A stretch of 64,000 bases of DNA from Amphiscolops sp. MND2022. Its lineage: Eukaryota. Made by a program: the position numbers and the translations under genes. How positions within the stretch are numbered: the stretch's first letter is position 1; each line of letters opens with the position of its first letter. The DNA lies in assembly GCA_964187785.1 (NCBI GenBank), contig OZ076413.1, forward strand, positions 20,956,001 to 21,020,000, written 5' to 3'. The notes under the pieces were generated by a model, which searched no databases, was not told the origin of the DNA, and saw only the letters and a list, made by a program, of their open reading frames with translations. Below, one piece after another: positions 63,312 to 64,000 of the stretch.

Positions 63312-64000
63312 TTAGAAGTTTTTTGGGTCTTCTACGTCATCGTGTCTCTCCGTTTCCTCAGCGATGTCGGTTTCGTCGTTGGTGGCGTAGGACAATTCGT
63401 TCGTGTTGTAGGCCCTGTTGTTGGTCTGCCTAAAATCCCGGCGGAATTGGTTGTTCTCTTCTGTCGACTGCTTCGAATACGGGACGCTTCGGTAGGCTGA
63501 TGTCGTCGTATTTCTGTAGTAGCAGTCTCGGGCGGAGTGTCCCACTTTGCCACATATCTGGCACATCAGTTTGGGATTGTATTTGGGTTTGACGTCTTGG
63601 GTATTGGTGGGTGGGGTTGGTTGTTGTTGGTTCTTGTTGGTTGTTCGTTGAAGTTTTGTTCTGCGCTTCTTCTCTGAGGCGTTTTCGGCATTCGACCCAT
63701 TTGTGTCCGGTGATACCGCAGTGGCGACATTGACCGTCGAATTTGCGCTTCGTCTCCCTGTTTTCGGTTGGTTGGGAGTTGGATGACTGCGGTACTGCTA
63801 CGTTGGGTTTTGGTGCACTGATTTGGTTGAATGGTTGTGCTGTCGTACTTGGGATGAGTTGGGCATATTGACATCTGCGTTGGACGAATGTCCGGATCTC
63901 CTCCATGGACGCATCGTGTTTCCCGGCCATAGCCAATTCGTTCTGCATTTGGACGGGAAGTTTGGCGAATAGAAATGTCTCCGTTAGATCACTTGATTTG
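63312..64000 (-). pseudogene. gag: Gypsy gag C-terminal part with two CCHC knuckles
   Basis: ORFs 63430-63948 and 63312-63566. Confidence 0.9.

Larger units (their letters stand above)
57114..64000 (-). mobile_element. Ty3/Gypsy internal region (gag-pol, accessory ORF, PPT at 57114-57129); continues off the right edge
   Basis: Knuckles CRHCGITGHKWVEC and CQICGKVGHSARDC, protease LLDTGA, RT YVDD, RNase H CDASEHAAG...TDNKAL, integrase HGDP...GHPG...C..C and core. A10G5A tract on minus. Confidence 0.95.

Overview
AT-rich eukaryotic DNA, probably from an invertebrate animal (GT-AG introns of about 100-900 bp, no prokaryotic features). It is a dense stack of nested mobile elements and decayed orphan genes. 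Left to right: (1) a near-perfect 4,003-bp tandem duplication (1-6594) covering the 5' part of a spliced orphan pseudogene and one LTR; (2) a 4.9-kb Ty3/Gypsy element (6345-11223, minus) with 222-bp LTRs, a CTTAG target-site duplication (TSD) and most of RT deleted, inserted in a ~198-bp palindrome-bearing repeat; (3) compact orphan ORFs, a Gypsy integrase remnant, and a spliced zinc-finger + JmjC (KDM2/KDM7-like) pseudogene (15522-18938, minus); (4) three 1.8-kb units each carrying a RING-like Zn-finger ORF, a TA-flanked MITE and a 231-bp tandem repeat; (5) a heavily decayed Gypsy 3' half with an env-like ORF (28.3-36.4 kb); (6) LTR/gag remnants and a 163-bp palindrome; (7) a 7-exon BED-finger, hAT-transposase-derived gene (43848-48217, plus); (8) a nearly intact BEL/Pao element (48348-57038, CTCAC TSD) with an SGNH-hydrolase-like extra ORF in its leader; (9) a Gypsy gag-pol (minus) running off the right edge. 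The most intriguing reading is that the hAT-derived gene sits antisense inside a ~4.6-kb giant LTR of the right-hand Gypsy; this can be tested on the next window. All family assignments come from motif recognition by eye, not database searches. Single-base frameshifts in homopolymers could be assembly errors.
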